From positions 11,879-75,878 of the IMG/VR virus record IMGVR_UViG_3300048834_000128: DNA of 64,000 bases. One strand, given 5' to 3'. The DNA is from a virus. The translations under genes and the position numbers were made by a program. Shown here piece after piece: positions 9,229-19,800 of this stretch (position 1 is its first letter; every line of letters starts with the position of its first letter). The notes under the pieces are model-generated. The model saw nothing but the letters and a program-made list of their open reading frames with translations, was not told where the DNA came from and made no database searches.

Positions 9229-10428
9229 ATGACAGAACAAAATGACCCTGCTACAGAAAGAATGATGGCCGAGTTTATGGAAGGTTTGGAAATTCCGAAA
9301 GAGAATCCGACACCGACACCAGAACCGACCCCTACTCCTGAACCTGAACCAAATCCCGAACCTACACCTGAGCCAGAGCCGAATCCAGAGCCAACGCCTG
9401 AACCGACTCCCGAACCCGACCAGATTGCCGACGATATAAAACTTCGTGCAATCAACGAGATGCTCGGAACAAACTTCACTTCAATAGAAGATGCTGGTTA
9501 TATCAGAAATACCTTGAATGAGGTAGACTCATTAAGGGAGGTACAGAAGAAATATAGGGAGATTGAGGAAACTCCCATTGCCAAATTTCACAATGACAAA
9601 CTGAGGGAACTCAATACGTTTGCGGAAACTACTGGCATAGATTCACCATCGGTATTCGAGAAGATAAAGCATTTCGACGCTACCGATAAGAAAGACCCTA
9701 TCGAGGCAATCGTCCTCGCAGAGATAATCAAAGACCCTTCACTCGCCACCAAAGCCGATTTGCTTAGAAAGTCAATCGCAAGGGAGTATAAGACGACCAT
9801 TCCTAATGAAGAAGATTTGGATGGAATCGAACTTGAAAGGGCGAAGGAGGATGCTGAACTCGAGTCATTCCGACTTGAGAGAAACGCAGCGAAGGCACAG
9901 AAGGAGATATCCGACGTGCTTGACAAGGTTAAGGCGGGAACGCCTAACGAAACAATAAGGCAGATTCAGGAAAGGAGAGAGGTCATACGTGATTCGTGGG
10001 ACAAGTATCTTACTGAAAAGCAAGAATTGGTTTTTGCCAAGATTCCAGTACAAGTACCGAAGGGAAAGGATGGTAACGGCAACGAAACATTCGAGGTTAT
10101 AGACAATATCACATTGTCAAAGGAGGAGATGAAGGAGGCAGTACAGGCTGTCGTCAAGGAGGCTGAACGTAAGGGACTCGAACTGAATCAGGAGAATTTC
10201 CTGAAACTCGTTCCGAAACACTACGACAGAATCATTGCAAAGAACATCCACAAAGTCACCACGTCAATCTCTTCAAAAAAAGAGGCGCAGATTCGTCTGG
10301 AACTTGAAAAGAAGTATTCCAACCCGTCAAACCTCAAGATTGAAACCAAAGTACCCGCAGGTAATGACAAACCTAAGACCGTGGATGATATCCTCGATCC
10401 TATGTACAAAGCCCAAGGTTACATGTAG
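9229..10428 (+). CDS. Putative capsid scaffolding protein
   Basis: Acidic and helical with a (PE/PT)n N-terminal tract; immediately upstream of the major capsid gene. Confidence 0.65.
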   Translation: MTEQNDPATERMMAEFMEGLEIPKENPTPTPEPTPTPEPEPNPEPTPEPEPNPEPTPEPTPEPDQIADDIKLRAINEMLGTNFTSIEDAGYIRNTLNEVDSLREVQKKYREIEETPIAKFHNDKLRELNTFAETTGIDSPSVFEKIKHFDATDKKDPIEAIVLAEIIKDPSLATKADLLRKSIAREYKTTIPNEEDLDGIELERAKEDAELESFRLERNAAKAQKEISDVLDKVKAGTPNETIRQIQERREVIRDSWDKYLTEKQELVFAKIPVQVPKGKDGNGNETFEVIDNITLSKEEMKEAVQAVVKEAERKGLELNQENFLKLVPKHYDRIIAKNIHKVTTSISSKKEAQIRLELEKKYSNPSNLKIETKVPAGNDKPKTVDDILDPMYKAQGYM

Positions 10429-10483
10429 GTCTAAATCACCGATCCCTAACTTACATTAACAAAAAAGCAAACAAACAAACAAA

Positions 10484-11869
10484 ATGGCAAACATTCCACA
10501 AATTGCGGCAACCTATCAGAATAACATAGTGTCCGCATTCGATGTCCACAAACCGGACAAACTTTCTAAACTCTTCCGTCGTTATGGCGACCAAGGTGCA
10601 TCATGGTATCTGAAATTGGCACAAATGGGATTCGTCCTTCCTGTCGCTCAGATGCAATATTCGCACTATGAAGACCAGTTGAAAAACCCTACATTCCAAG
10701 CGAGAGCCGGTGTAGCACAACCAGCAGCAGGTGCAACCATGGATATCACATTGGCAGCAGTCGATGTAGATACCAATAACAACTTCTATCCACGTCTTAA
10801 CGACATCGTTAATTTCAAGGGCGGGCAGAAAGGTTTCATCCAGTCAATCGACGTAACCACTCCATCTCAGCCGGTTCTTACCGTTGCTCCATTGGGTGCA
10901 GGTGCATCATACAGACTTCCTGCGGTTGATGCCAATGAGGAAATGTCACTTACCACAAACGCCTTCGCAGAGAAGACAGGTCAGCCTAAAGGTATCGTTC
11001 CAAGCGCTATCGAAAGGGTGAACTACACTCAGATCATGAAGGAGACATTGGAAGTGAGCGGTTCTGAGCAAACCAACCAGACATGGATGACAGGCGGATG
11101 GGCTAATTTCAACGGAGTAACCATGGCAGACGGTCAGGTTGCATCAGGCGATACTTGGTACAACGTAAACTTCCTTGACATGGAATGGAGAATGAACAAG
11201 CAGATTTCAGGAGCATTGCTCATGGGGCTTGCAGGTGACGGTACATTGGTTGACGATAGCGGTAATGCCGTTCAGACAACCCAAGGTGTCGTTCCTACCA
11301 TTCAGGCGTTAGGTAACAACCAGACTTACACTCCGGGTTCATTGTCGGTAACGGACTTCGACGCATGGAGCCGTATCCTTGACAGGAACTACGCAGGTGA
11401 CTACGTTATGGGTTCATTCTCTAAATCATTGCAGGATGAATTGGAGAACCTATTGGTTGCATACCTTGCCAACACAAACATCCAGTTCGCAGACCCTACA
11501 GTTGAGAAAGCCGTAAATATCGGATTCACAGCATTGAAGAAATCCCAAAGGAACTTCATGTTCGACGTCGAGATGGCATTCAGCGACAGACAGACATTCG
11601 GTATCACAGGTTCAATCTACGAAGGAGCAGGTATGTTCATTCCGGTATTGAAGAAACGTGACGCGAAATCAGGTCAGATGGTCGACAACATCGGAGCACG
11701 TTACAAGGAGAAGAACGGATATTCAAGAAAAATGGAAATCTGGTCAGTAAGCGGTTCCGGTCCTGGTATGAAAGTAACAGACATCGACAAATCCGCTACC
11801 TACATGAGATGCGATATCGGTGCCCATATCTTAGGTGCAAACCAGATGATATGGTTGCAACCGGCCTAA
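10484..11869 (+). CDS. Major capsid protein, crAss-like
   Basis: 461 aa; NYTQIMKETLEVSGS and TTQGVVPTI HK97-type motifs; strong AAAC-repeat start region; followed by a terminator. Confidence 0.88.
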   Translation: MANIPQIAATYQNNIVSAFDVHKPDKLSKLFRRYGDQGASWYLKLAQMGFVLPVAQMQYSHYEDQLKNPTFQARAGVAQPAAGATMDITLAAVDVDTNNNFYPRLNDIVNFKGGQKGFIQSIDVTTPSQPVLTVAPLGAGASYRLPAVDANEEMSLTTNAFAEKTGQPKGIVPSAIERVNYTQIMKETLEVSGSEQTNQTWMTGGWANFNGVTMADGQVASGDTWYNVNFLDMEWRMNKQISGALLMGLAGDGTLVDDSGNAVQTTQGVVPTIQALGNNQTYTPGSLSVTDFDAWSRILDRNYAGDYVMGSFSKSLQDELENLLVAYLANTNIQFADPTVEKAVNIGFTALKKSQRNFMFDVEMAFSDRQTFGITGSIYEGAGMFIPVLKKRDAKSGQMVDNIGARYKEKNGYSRKMEIWSVSGSGPGMKVTDIDKSATYMRCDIGAHILGANQMIWLQPA

Positions 11870-11886
11870 CTAATTTAAACTATTGA

Positions 11887-11927
11887 GGGAGACGGGAGTA
11901 AAATCCCGTTTCCTTTTTTTACCTTTG
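11887..11927 (+). terminator. Terminator overlapping a -7 promoter element
   Basis: GGGAGACGGGA-loop-TCCCGTTTCC plus T tract, then TACCTTTG at 11920-11927. Confidence 0.7.
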
Positions 11928-11959
11928 CATAGATAACAGATAACACCAACGAAAAAATC

Positions 11960-12919
11960 ATGATTTATATTAACAACGAACTGCTCAACTATAATAAGCC
12001 TGAGCACAAACAGTACAGAAAGGCGTTCGACGCTTTCAGAAGGAAATTCTCGGAGAACTTCGTAGACGGTAGAATGGTAAAGCCGTTACTCGTCAAATAC
12101 AAGGAGGATCTGGTTAAGCCGGACCCGAGGAACAAGGGATTGCTACTTCAACCTAAAAGTATGGGGCTTCAGTTCCGTTCAAGAATCTACAATGAGGATG
12201 GTCAGGAAGTCGAGATAAGGTATTCAAGGACTCCTGGTATAATGGACCACAAACTCGGAATACTTACCTTCAAGGAGAATTTTACAGAAGTTGTGGACGG
12301 AAGACTTTCAATCACAGACCCGGACCTTGCATTGTATTTCTCGGAATATAGCAGACAGAACGCAGACAACCCTAAGAACCAAGGGGAACTTTCGGCATGG
12401 TTCAGAATCGACGATCCGGTAGCGGAAAGAAAGATTGTGGCACAGGCGAAAGCAAGGGAGGCATTATTCATGTCGAGATTGTGGAACGAACCGGAACATG
12501 GCGGACTTGGAGACAGTCGCCTGAGAGTCATAGGTGCGGAACTTATGATTAAGGATTCAGACACCGTTGATGTGAATGAATTAAGGGAGAACATCGACAG
12601 ACTGATTAAATTCAGACCGGCACTGAAGGACGAGTTCCTTGACAGAACGGACGCTACGGACATCACACCGGAAGAGGAGCATGCAAGAATGGTATTGGTC
12701 GCCAAGGCAATCGAGATGAAACTATTCAGCGTGAACACCATCACAAGGACATATCACAAGCATGACCCTGAGACTAAGAAGCAGATAAAGAAGCCGATAT
12801 TCAACTACGGAAAGAACGAGAAGAATCACAGATTGGCTTTCTATGTATATCTTGAGACAGAAGAACCAGAGACTATTGACGCGTTAAAGCAGTCGATGGC
12901 ACTTCTGACTGAGGCATAG
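11960..12919 (+). CDS. Conserved-type protein following the capsid gene in crAss-like phages
   Basis: Synteny and size only. Confidence 0.5.
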   Translation: MIYINNELLNYNKPEHKQYRKAFDAFRRKFSENFVDGRMVKPLLVKYKEDLVKPDPRNKGLLLQPKSMGLQFRSRIYNEDGQEVEIRYSRTPGIMDHKLGILTFKENFTEVVDGRLSITDPDLALYFSEYSRQNADNPKNQGELSAWFRIDDPVAERKIVAQAKAREALFMSRLWNEPEHGGLGDSRLRVIGAELMIKDSDTVDVNELRENIDRLIKFRPALKDEFLDRTDATDITPEEEHARMVLVAKAIEMKLFSVNTITRTYHKHDPETKKQIKKPIFNYGKNEKNHRLAFYVYLETEEPETIDALKQSMALLTEA

Positions 12920-12949
12920 ACGAGTTCGTTCATAATTCGTGGTTATCTA

Positions 12950-13007
12950 AGACCCTCATTAGAAATAGTGAGGGTTTTGTTTTTTAGAAAAAATGTATTT
13001 ATATTTG
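12950..13007 (+). terminator. Terminator followed by a sigmaA-type promoter for the tRNA
   Basis: AGACCCTCA/TGAGGGTTT hairpin; TTTG(12976)-N20-TATATTTG(13000-13007). Confidence 0.7.
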
Positions 13008-13018
13008 CAATGTCACAC

Positions 13019-13089
13019 AAGGATATAGTTTAATGGCAGAATAAAGGTCTCCAAAACCATTGGTAGCGGTTCGAGTCCGTTTGTCTTTG
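13019..13089 (+). tRNA. trnW: tRNA-Trp(CCA), no encoded 3' CCA
   Basis: Acceptor AAGGATA/TGTCTTT; D arm TAGTTTAATGGCAGAAT; anticodon loop CT-CCA-AA; T loop GGTTCGAGTCC; one A-A mismatch in the anticodon stem. Confidence 0.85.
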
Positions 13090-13106
13090 CAAACATTTAT
13101 TAAGAA

Positions 13107-13200
13107 AGGGGCGAAAACTTTGAATTACATGACCGAAAGGGTTGCAAACCGATTGGAATAAGATTCAAAAAGCACCTGCGAAGTACAAGCAGTCAGCCCC
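13107..13200 (+). ncRNA. Candidate multi-stem small RNA downstream of the tRNA
   Basis: GGGGC/GCCCC closing stem, TTTGAAT/ATTCAAA, ACC-GAAA-GG, CTGC/GCAG. Confidence 0.45.
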
Positions 13201-13238
13201 GCAGTTATTTCCCCCTTAAGATGAGAAATTCTTAAGTT

Positions 13239-13271
13239 TGCCAATCCAATTGCAGGGTTGGCATTTTCTTT
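13239..13271 (+). terminator. Intrinsic terminator
   Basis: TGCCAATCC/GGGTTGGCA plus T tract. Confidence 0.7.
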
Positions 13272-13274
13272 ACC

Positions 13275-13305
13275 CAACAACCTAACGTGCTAAATATTAT
13301 ATTTG
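13275..13305 (+). promoter_or_regulatory. Putative late promoter (lysis)
   Basis: CAACAAC-N16-TATATTTG. Confidence 0.65.
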
Positions 13306-13312
13306 TATCATC

Positions 13313-13597
13313 ATGAAGAAAAAAATAGGCATATTTCTGAACACCCCTACGGGTTCGTTCGTAAAGGTGTTCTTGGGTTCCATGGTAGGATACTATCTGA
13401 GCACCTTCCTTATGGAGGATACCGACCCGTTCACCTTTGACAGGAAATCCATAAAGGCAATCATTGCGGGAGGAATCGCCCCTATTCTGCCGATAATCAC
13501 CAATTTCATAAACAGGCAGGATACGCGTTACGGAAAATCACCAAAACCTACAAACCTTTCTCCCGATCCGTTAAACCCCGATAAGTATAAGTCATGA
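13313..13597 (+). CDS. Putative holin
   Basis: Two hydrophobic segments; overlaps the endolysin start. Confidence 0.65.
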   Translation: MKKKIGIFLNTPTGSFVKVFLGSMVGYYLSTFLMEDTDPFTFDRKSIKAIIAGGIAPILPIITNFINRQDTRYGKSPKPTNLSPDPLNPDKYKS

Positions 13598-14088
13598 AAG
13601 ACCAAGTAACATTAGACAGGATAGAACTAATGCACCCTCTGTTAAAGGATGAGACGCATGAGATATATAATGAGATATGCGAAGCATTGAACGGAAGGGC
13701 GATTTGCAGGTTCGCCTACACCTTGAGAACATTTGAAGAACAAGACAAACTATTTCTTAAACGCCCAAAAGTCACCAATGCAAAAGGCGGACAATCCTAT
13801 CACAACTATGGTTTAGCCGTGGATGTTGTTCTTTTAAAAGACAAGGATGGTAACGGCACGTTTGAAACGGCATCATGGGAAACCAACGTCGATTTTGATG
13901 GTGACGGAGTTGCAGATTGGACGGAAGTGGTAAGGATATTCAAGATGTACGGATGGGAAGCAGGCATAGATTGGAAATTTAGAGATGCCCCTCATTTCCA
14001 AAAGACGTTCGGCAAATCAATTAAAGACCTTCAGAGAATGTATTCGGCACAAGGCAAACCTAAGTACATACAATTCTCACATTTGTAA
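13594..14088 (+). CDS. Endolysin, M15 family L-Ala-D-Glu peptidase
   Basis: LRTFEEQDKL, VTNAKGGQSYHNYGLAVD, DAPHFQ. Confidence 0.92.
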   Translation: MKDQVTLDRIELMHPLLKDETHEIYNEICEALNGRAICRFAYTLRTFEEQDKLFLKRPKVTNAKGGQSYHNYGLAVDVVLLKDKDGNGTFETASWETNVDFDGDGVADWTEVVRIFKMYGWEAGIDWKFRDAPHFQKTFGKSIKDLQRMYSAQGKPKYIQFSHL

Positions 14089-14122
14089 CACTCACTCAAA
14101 CAACACATTAACATATATTTGG

Positions 14123-14184
14123 TGCCTGAAAGTAAAATTTCGGGCATTTTTATTTGGTTTTTATAATACGTTGTAATACATTTG
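14123..14184 (+). promoter_or_regulatory. Terminator, then sigmaA-type promoter with TAC-N3-GTA palindrome
   Basis: TGCCTGAA/TTCGGGCA hairpin; TTTG(14153)-N20-TACATTTG(14177-14184); TACGTTGTA at 14167-14175. Confidence 0.7.
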
Positions 14185-14189
14185 TGGTC

Positions 14190-14414
14190 ATGAAAGCGAA
14201 AGTCAAGAAAAAGAAATCGAGAAACAAGACGGACAGGACACATCAGCCGAGGGGAGGATCCAAGGCAATGATAGTTGTAAAATCCGAGGCATGGTTGAAG
14301 TCTGACATGATAGCGATAGGGGAGAACATGGAGCCTAAGTGTACATTGACACAGGTGGTGATTCAGGCATTGATAAACTATCGCAGGGAGAACGAACATC
14401 TAATAGCACCGTAA
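14190..14414 (+). CDS. Possible ribbon-helix-helix DNA-binding protein (74 aa)
   Basis: Basic N-terminus; KAMIVV strand, helix, then TLTQVVIQALINY helix. Confidence 0.4.
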   Translation: MKAKVKKKKSRNKTDRTHQPRGGSKAMIVVKSEAWLKSDMIAIGENMEPKCTLTQVVIQALINYRRENEHLIAP

Positions 14415-14415
14415 A

Positions 14416-15564
14416 ATGAAATCAGTAATAAACAAAAAGATAGCGGTAAAGATAAACACCGAGCGAGATAGGGAGTTGGTAATCCCTTTCTTGCAGTCAT
14501 TGGGAGGTGGGAATGTTCACCATGTAACCAATGACAATATAGATATCGGTGAAATATGGTACATATCAACAGATAAAAATAAGATAGTGATTAACAAGTA
14601 TGTAGATTTAAAAAGTGAAGGTTACACCATCCTCGAAGGAGTGCCGACTGATTTTGAACTACCAAAAACAACTGAAAGTAAAACAAGGGAGCAGCAGTTA
14701 GAGGAAGAAAACAAGGCTTTGAGGGATACTTTAGAAATGGCAAAACAATATTTCTCAGATGGCACTACTGATGACTTGATTATCCTATGTGAAAGGATTG
14801 ATAAACAACTAATAAATAACCAATGAATAAAGAAGAATTTTATAAAAGAATAGATGACTTGACAAATGAAACAGGGTTTGATTTATCTAAAGAACAAAAA
14901 CGATTTGCATTTGTTGTTGCCGAACAATACGCCACATCCCAAACCTCACAACTTGAAAAGGAGATAGAGGTGCTGAAAGAAAAGATTGAAATAGTAAAGA
15001 ATATTCTTAACGATTGTATTAGTACAGATAGTGCCGTTTGGACGATAAACACAGCAAGAGAAATATTGTATAAAGACACCCACACCACCAAAACAATAGA
15101 GAAATGAAACAACCAAATAATATAATAAACTATATCTGTTATTTATTAATGTGCTTAAATGCCCTTTATAGCGTATGGAATCACGAAATTGGTTTAGCAT
15201 TCCATATATCAACCACACTATTATTCATGAGATTGTGGCACATTGAATTAGGTAAGGGTAAAGTTACAAATGTTAAAGCGGATAGTGTTGAGTTAATTAT
15301 AAAACAAAAAGATAACCAATGAAACAACTAATAATAGCCTTAATCCTTCTATCAAGTTGCGATAGAAATTACAACAACGATGTAAGCGGCTCAAAAAGAC
15401 AAACACCATCGGCAAACACAATATTGCTTTCAAAAGGCAGCGACGATAATGTAATGACAATAGAACATGATTCGTGCGAATATATACTATTTCAAGGATT
15501 TCAAAGAGGTGGTATAATTCATAAACAAAATTGCAAATATTGTAAACAAAGAAATCAAAAATGA
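14416..15564 (+). other. Four small low-GC ORFs (14416-14826, 14823-15107, 15104-15322 membrane protein, 15319-15564 lipoprotein)
   Basis: ATGA-coupled chain; LSSC lipobox in the last ORF. Confidence 0.6.
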
Positions 15565-15614
15565 AACACCTACTTATACTAATAATCCTATCAAGTTGCT
15601 CTCAAAAGGCATGA
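15561..15614 (+). pseudogene. Orphaned 5' end of a spanin-like lipoprotein gene
   Basis: MKHLLILIILSSCSQKA-stop resembles SSCTSQKAW of the 16338 gene. Confidence 0.55.
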
Positions 15615-16390
15615 AACGATTTATCTCATTTTCTGGCGGTGTTGAAAGTACGACCATGTGCATATTGTATGGCAAATGGGCGAAGGCTATTTGGTGCGAT
15701 ACGGGAGCGGAGCATCAGAAGATGTACGATAGAATGGATTTGGTAGAAGAAAAGTTAAAGAAACTGCATGGCGGTGATTTCGAGATTATCAGATTGAAGC
15801 CCAGCACGAAGATAAAAGGTGAATTGGTCGATAATCTTTTGGATGGAGTCATCAGGCAGAAATTCATGCCTTCATCTATGAAGCGTTATTGTACGAGATT
15901 GTTCAAGATTGAGCCTATTGATAGGTTTTTAAAAGAGCAAGGCGAATGTGAACTGATGATAGGATTGAACGCAGACGAAACCGCAAGAGAGGGTAATTAC
16001 GGGATGATGGCGAATGTCAAGTATAGTTACCCATTGCAGGATGATGGACATAGTAGAGCCGATTGCGAAGCGATACTTGATGTTTACGGATTGCACCCCA
16101 GATTCCCTGCATATATGTTGAGGGGTGGATGTTCGATGTGTTTCTTCAAATCGGAAAAGGAATATAAGGCATTGTGGTATATGGATAGGGATGAATTTGA
16201 TAGGATGGTTGAGTTTGAGGATAGATACCAAGACAAAAGGGTAAAGTTCTACTCAATAATGGGGAATGGTAAATCACTAAGGCAGTTAGCCAGAGAGTGC
16301 GAAGCGGAAATGTTTAAAATCGAATTAAAGGGAATATATGAAAATTACAATAAACAAGGCAAGTCTTGCGGTGCTTTTTGTCATCGTTAG
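15611..16390 (+). CDS. PAPS-reductase-like PP-loop protein
   Basis: ISFSGGVES, CDTGAE, RYCTRLFKIEP, IGLNADE, RGGCSMCFF. Confidence 0.85.
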   Translation: MKRFISFSGGVESTTMCILYGKWAKAIWCDTGAEHQKMYDRMDLVEEKLKKLHGGDFEIIRLKPSTKIKGELVDNLLDGVIRQKFMPSSMKRYCTRLFKIEPIDRFLKEQGECELMIGLNADETAREGNYGMMANVKYSYPLQDDGHSRADCEAILDVYGLHPRFPAYMLRGGCSMCFFKSEKEYKALWYMDRDEFDRMVEFEDRYQDKRVKFYSIMGNGKSLRQLARECEAEMFKIELKGIYENYNKQGKSCGAFCHR

Positions 16391-16802
16391 TCTGAGTTCA
16401 TGCACAAGTCAAAAGGCATGGATAAAACGTGGTGAGTCTAAGGGATGGTTACAGACCAAATCCGACACGTTAATCATCAAAGACACGATTCAAGGGTGGA
16501 GATATGACACTACGGTTCAATTCCTTTGGGTTCACGATATAGACACCCTAATAACCTCAAATGGCAAAGATAGTGTAGTTACCATAGTAAAGTGGAAAGA
16601 ACGCACCATACGCCAAATAAAGACCGAAAAAGACACGATAGTAGAGAGTAAGATAATTACCAATGAGATTCCGATATTAAAAATCATCAAACCGAACTTT
16701 TGGCAACGTCTATGGTGGCTATGGATAATACTTACATTCATACTGACAATTTGGTTAGTGAAGTATTTAAGAGAGGATTACAACGTAAATAAAGAATTAT
16801 AA
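16338..16802 (+). CDS. Putative unimolecular spanin
   Basis: LSSC lipobox, beta-rich middle, C-terminal transmembrane helix. Confidence 0.7.
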   Translation: MKITINKASLAVLFVIVSLSSCTSQKAWIKRGESKGWLQTKSDTLIIKDTIQGWRYDTTVQFLWVHDIDTLITSNGKDSVVTIVKWKERTIRQIKTEKDTIVESKIITNEIPILKIIKPNFWQRLWWLWIILTFILTIWLVKYLREDYNVNKEL

Positions 16803-16804
16803 TT

Positions 16805-19800
16805 ATGGAATACCACGAAATTATCAACGCAAAAGACTTAAGAGTAGGCAATCTTATACTGAATAATATGTTTGTCGATGATTGGGTAACAATAGAAGTA
16901 GACCAATTATTTATCTACATAGCATCGGTAGACAATAATTTATTTAACAGATTCAGTAAAGGGATAGACTTAAGCGAATACATAATGGGGAAACTTGAGC
17001 AAGTCAAGAGAAAATCAGATTATGTATTTGTATTGTCCGAAAACGACAATTGTTATTTGGAATTAGAAGACCACAATTGGGATGAACCTTGTTTTGATGT
17101 ATTTATCAATGGGGTATATGTTACGTGTGTGTATACCTTACATGGTTTACAGAATCTTTACAAGGCACTCTACAATGAAGAACTCGATGTAGGTAAAATA
17201 GACAAGTATAAAAAAGAGAAAAATGAAGACAAAACCGAAAAGGCATAACTATTGGGTGCTGCCAAACAATGTTTATAAAATACTATTGAGTACCTATATG
17301 AACACATACGAGTATCTGTTAGATTTAGTCATTGATAACTATAAATCAACAACACCTAATCGTATCAAATCATTCAGTAAATCAGATGTAAACACACATT
17401 AAAATTAGCAAATAAAATAACTTATATAAAATGAAATATATGGAAAAACTATTAGAACAATTATCAATTCGTGGAGGTGCTATTGTTTGCACATCTTCAC
17501 TTGATTCAGAAGAAATAAACCAAGCGATGGCATCTGATAGGATGTGGGTAGAACCCAATACATCAATAGGCTATGTCTATTTACCTAACTGGGTAGGATT
17601 TCCTACAACAGAGGAACAGGTAGAACAATTTGAAAAAGATTACCCACTTTCAGTTGATATGCCAGAAGGGTTAATGAACCCAGATTTTATATTACTTTCA
17701 AATGAGAAAATAGTTGAACATACCGTATCGTACATAAAAAATGCGCTTTGTATGATGAGTATTGATGAGATAAGCCACCATGATGTACTGAATTTTCTAA
17801 GAAAGAAAAAACATTAAAATTAGCAAATAAAATAACTTATATAAAATGAAAGAAATTCTAATAAATCATTTATGCGAAAGATACCCTCAATTCAAAGAAT
17901 ACGAAGGTGAAGGGCATTATTTCACACACTACATTGAAGATGTAAATGAAGATGCTTTGACGGACGAATGGCTTAATAAAGGGACATCATATATTTACAA
18001 GGTGGGGGTGTTCGCAGCGATTGACAGCAATAAATGCGACTACCTACATATAGTAATTGGAACTCAAAGAGACGATGTTTCTACGCCTGAAATAAAAGGA
18101 TATTTCTATTTCTCGGAAGGCGAGAATGATGATGTTGCGAGGGTGATGAGTAGGGCAATGAGATGTTTAGAAAGAATGCATCCAGTTTTTGAACAACGTG
18201 AAGAATACTAAAGAATAACCACTTAAAAAATAATAATAACATGAGTCAAACAGAAACCCACATAGGGAAATTAAGAAAAATAGAATCAACTGAGTCTATC
18301 GAAAAATGGTGCGAAAATACTTGTATATCATTAGGATATTCAACTAAGGAAAGTTACTACGGTTCATGGAAAGAAAAGTTGCAAGATGAAACCAAATGGC
18401 AAAAGTATTTTTTCTACAATGATAGTATCTATGAAATGATAGAACATCAGGAAGTCGAGGATGATATTGATTCTATCACCTTGAATAGCGACGGCACGTA
18501 TTCTTTTATAATGCAATTTTATAATGGCGGCACTAATCTAACCGAAATGATTGAGGACGGGATAAAACGTATTCACAAAACCCAATAACCACTAAAAAAC
18601 CATAACCAATGAAAGTAAAAGACCTAATCGAACAATTGAAGAAACAAGACCCTGAAAAGGATGTGATGATACAGCAAGGGGAGGAGTTCGACTATATGTT
18701 GGCACATTCCGTAAAGGTTATGGAGTTGGCAGATGAAGAAGAAGAAGAAAACATTGAGGCGGTTGTAATAAAATATTCATAACACCATGAGCGAAAAGAA
18801 ACAGACGGCATTACAAATGTTAATAGCCGATTTAGAAGAACAAGCAAATACTTGTCCAATGAAGGATAGGAAATTCTACATCTATTGCAAGACCTTAGCG
18901 ATACAGAAGTTAGAAATGGAACGTGAGCAGATAATTGAAAACCACGCATGGCTATTAAGTGGTGTAATGGATGAAGAATCAGCAAGGGAAAATGCAGAAG
19001 AATATTTTAAACAAACCTATGGAGAATAAACCAACTGAAATATGGATAGATACATTAGCGATGTCTCAAGGCAAAATGTGCGATTACATAGGCACAAGTC
19101 AGCAAACCATTGACGATGTCAAATACGTTTCAGCAGCCCACCATGCTAAAATAGTAAGCGAGTTAGATGATGAGGTGCATGAATTAGCAATGTCAAGATT
19201 TGAGTTGAACGTTGAGATTTTAAAATTAAAAGAGGAAATAGAGAGATTGAAAACGGAACTACTATTACAGAGAAACCTATTTAAAAACGCTAATAGAGAA
19301 GATATATGAAAGAGATAGTTATTTACGAATTTCAATTAGATAGAATAATAGAAGCATTAAGAATAACCTCTAATATTCATAATTGCAAGACTAAAGAAAC
19401 GTGTTTTGATAGGCAAGTTTGCCAAGCGTTGGCTTTTGCGAGAAACGCCAAAGAAGGGAATAAAGATAAACAAGTAAACTACCTATGAACCAACCCACCA
19501 CAAGCGAATTAGACCTCTACATAAATTCAATCGTAGATAGGTTAAGAGATAAGTACGGATATGCAGATAGGAATAGATTGAAGACGTGCGTCAATTTCTT
19601 CTACATAGATTTTGACTTACAATCTGAGTCTATGCCTCACAAAGTAGATATCCCCTACTCAGAACTCGAAGAAAGCATGAAAGAAAATACATTACCAAAA
19701 CAGATTGAAGAAATATTATGAGCAAAAAAAGAAAACAATCGCATACGACGACTAAAAACACAATAAAGAAAGTTCCCGTAACGAGATTATTGGTCATTGG

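Noticed and set aside
9168-9479. Antisense GS-repeat ORF and similar shadow ORFs (e.g. 38379-38741, 35233-35850)
   Set aside because: Reverse-strand shadows of repetitive or biased real genes.
13019-13089. tRNA as a prophage attachment site
   Set aside because: Phage genes continue on both sides; no duplicated 3' end or integrase in the window.
13190-13200. Minus-strand GGGGCTGACTG resembling a tmRNA 5' end
   Set aside because: No tag ORF or T-arm/CCA 3' end; promoter and terminator favour the + strand.
17396-17851. CRISPR array
   Set aside because: Only two repeats, and the intervening sequence is a whole gene; no cas genes.
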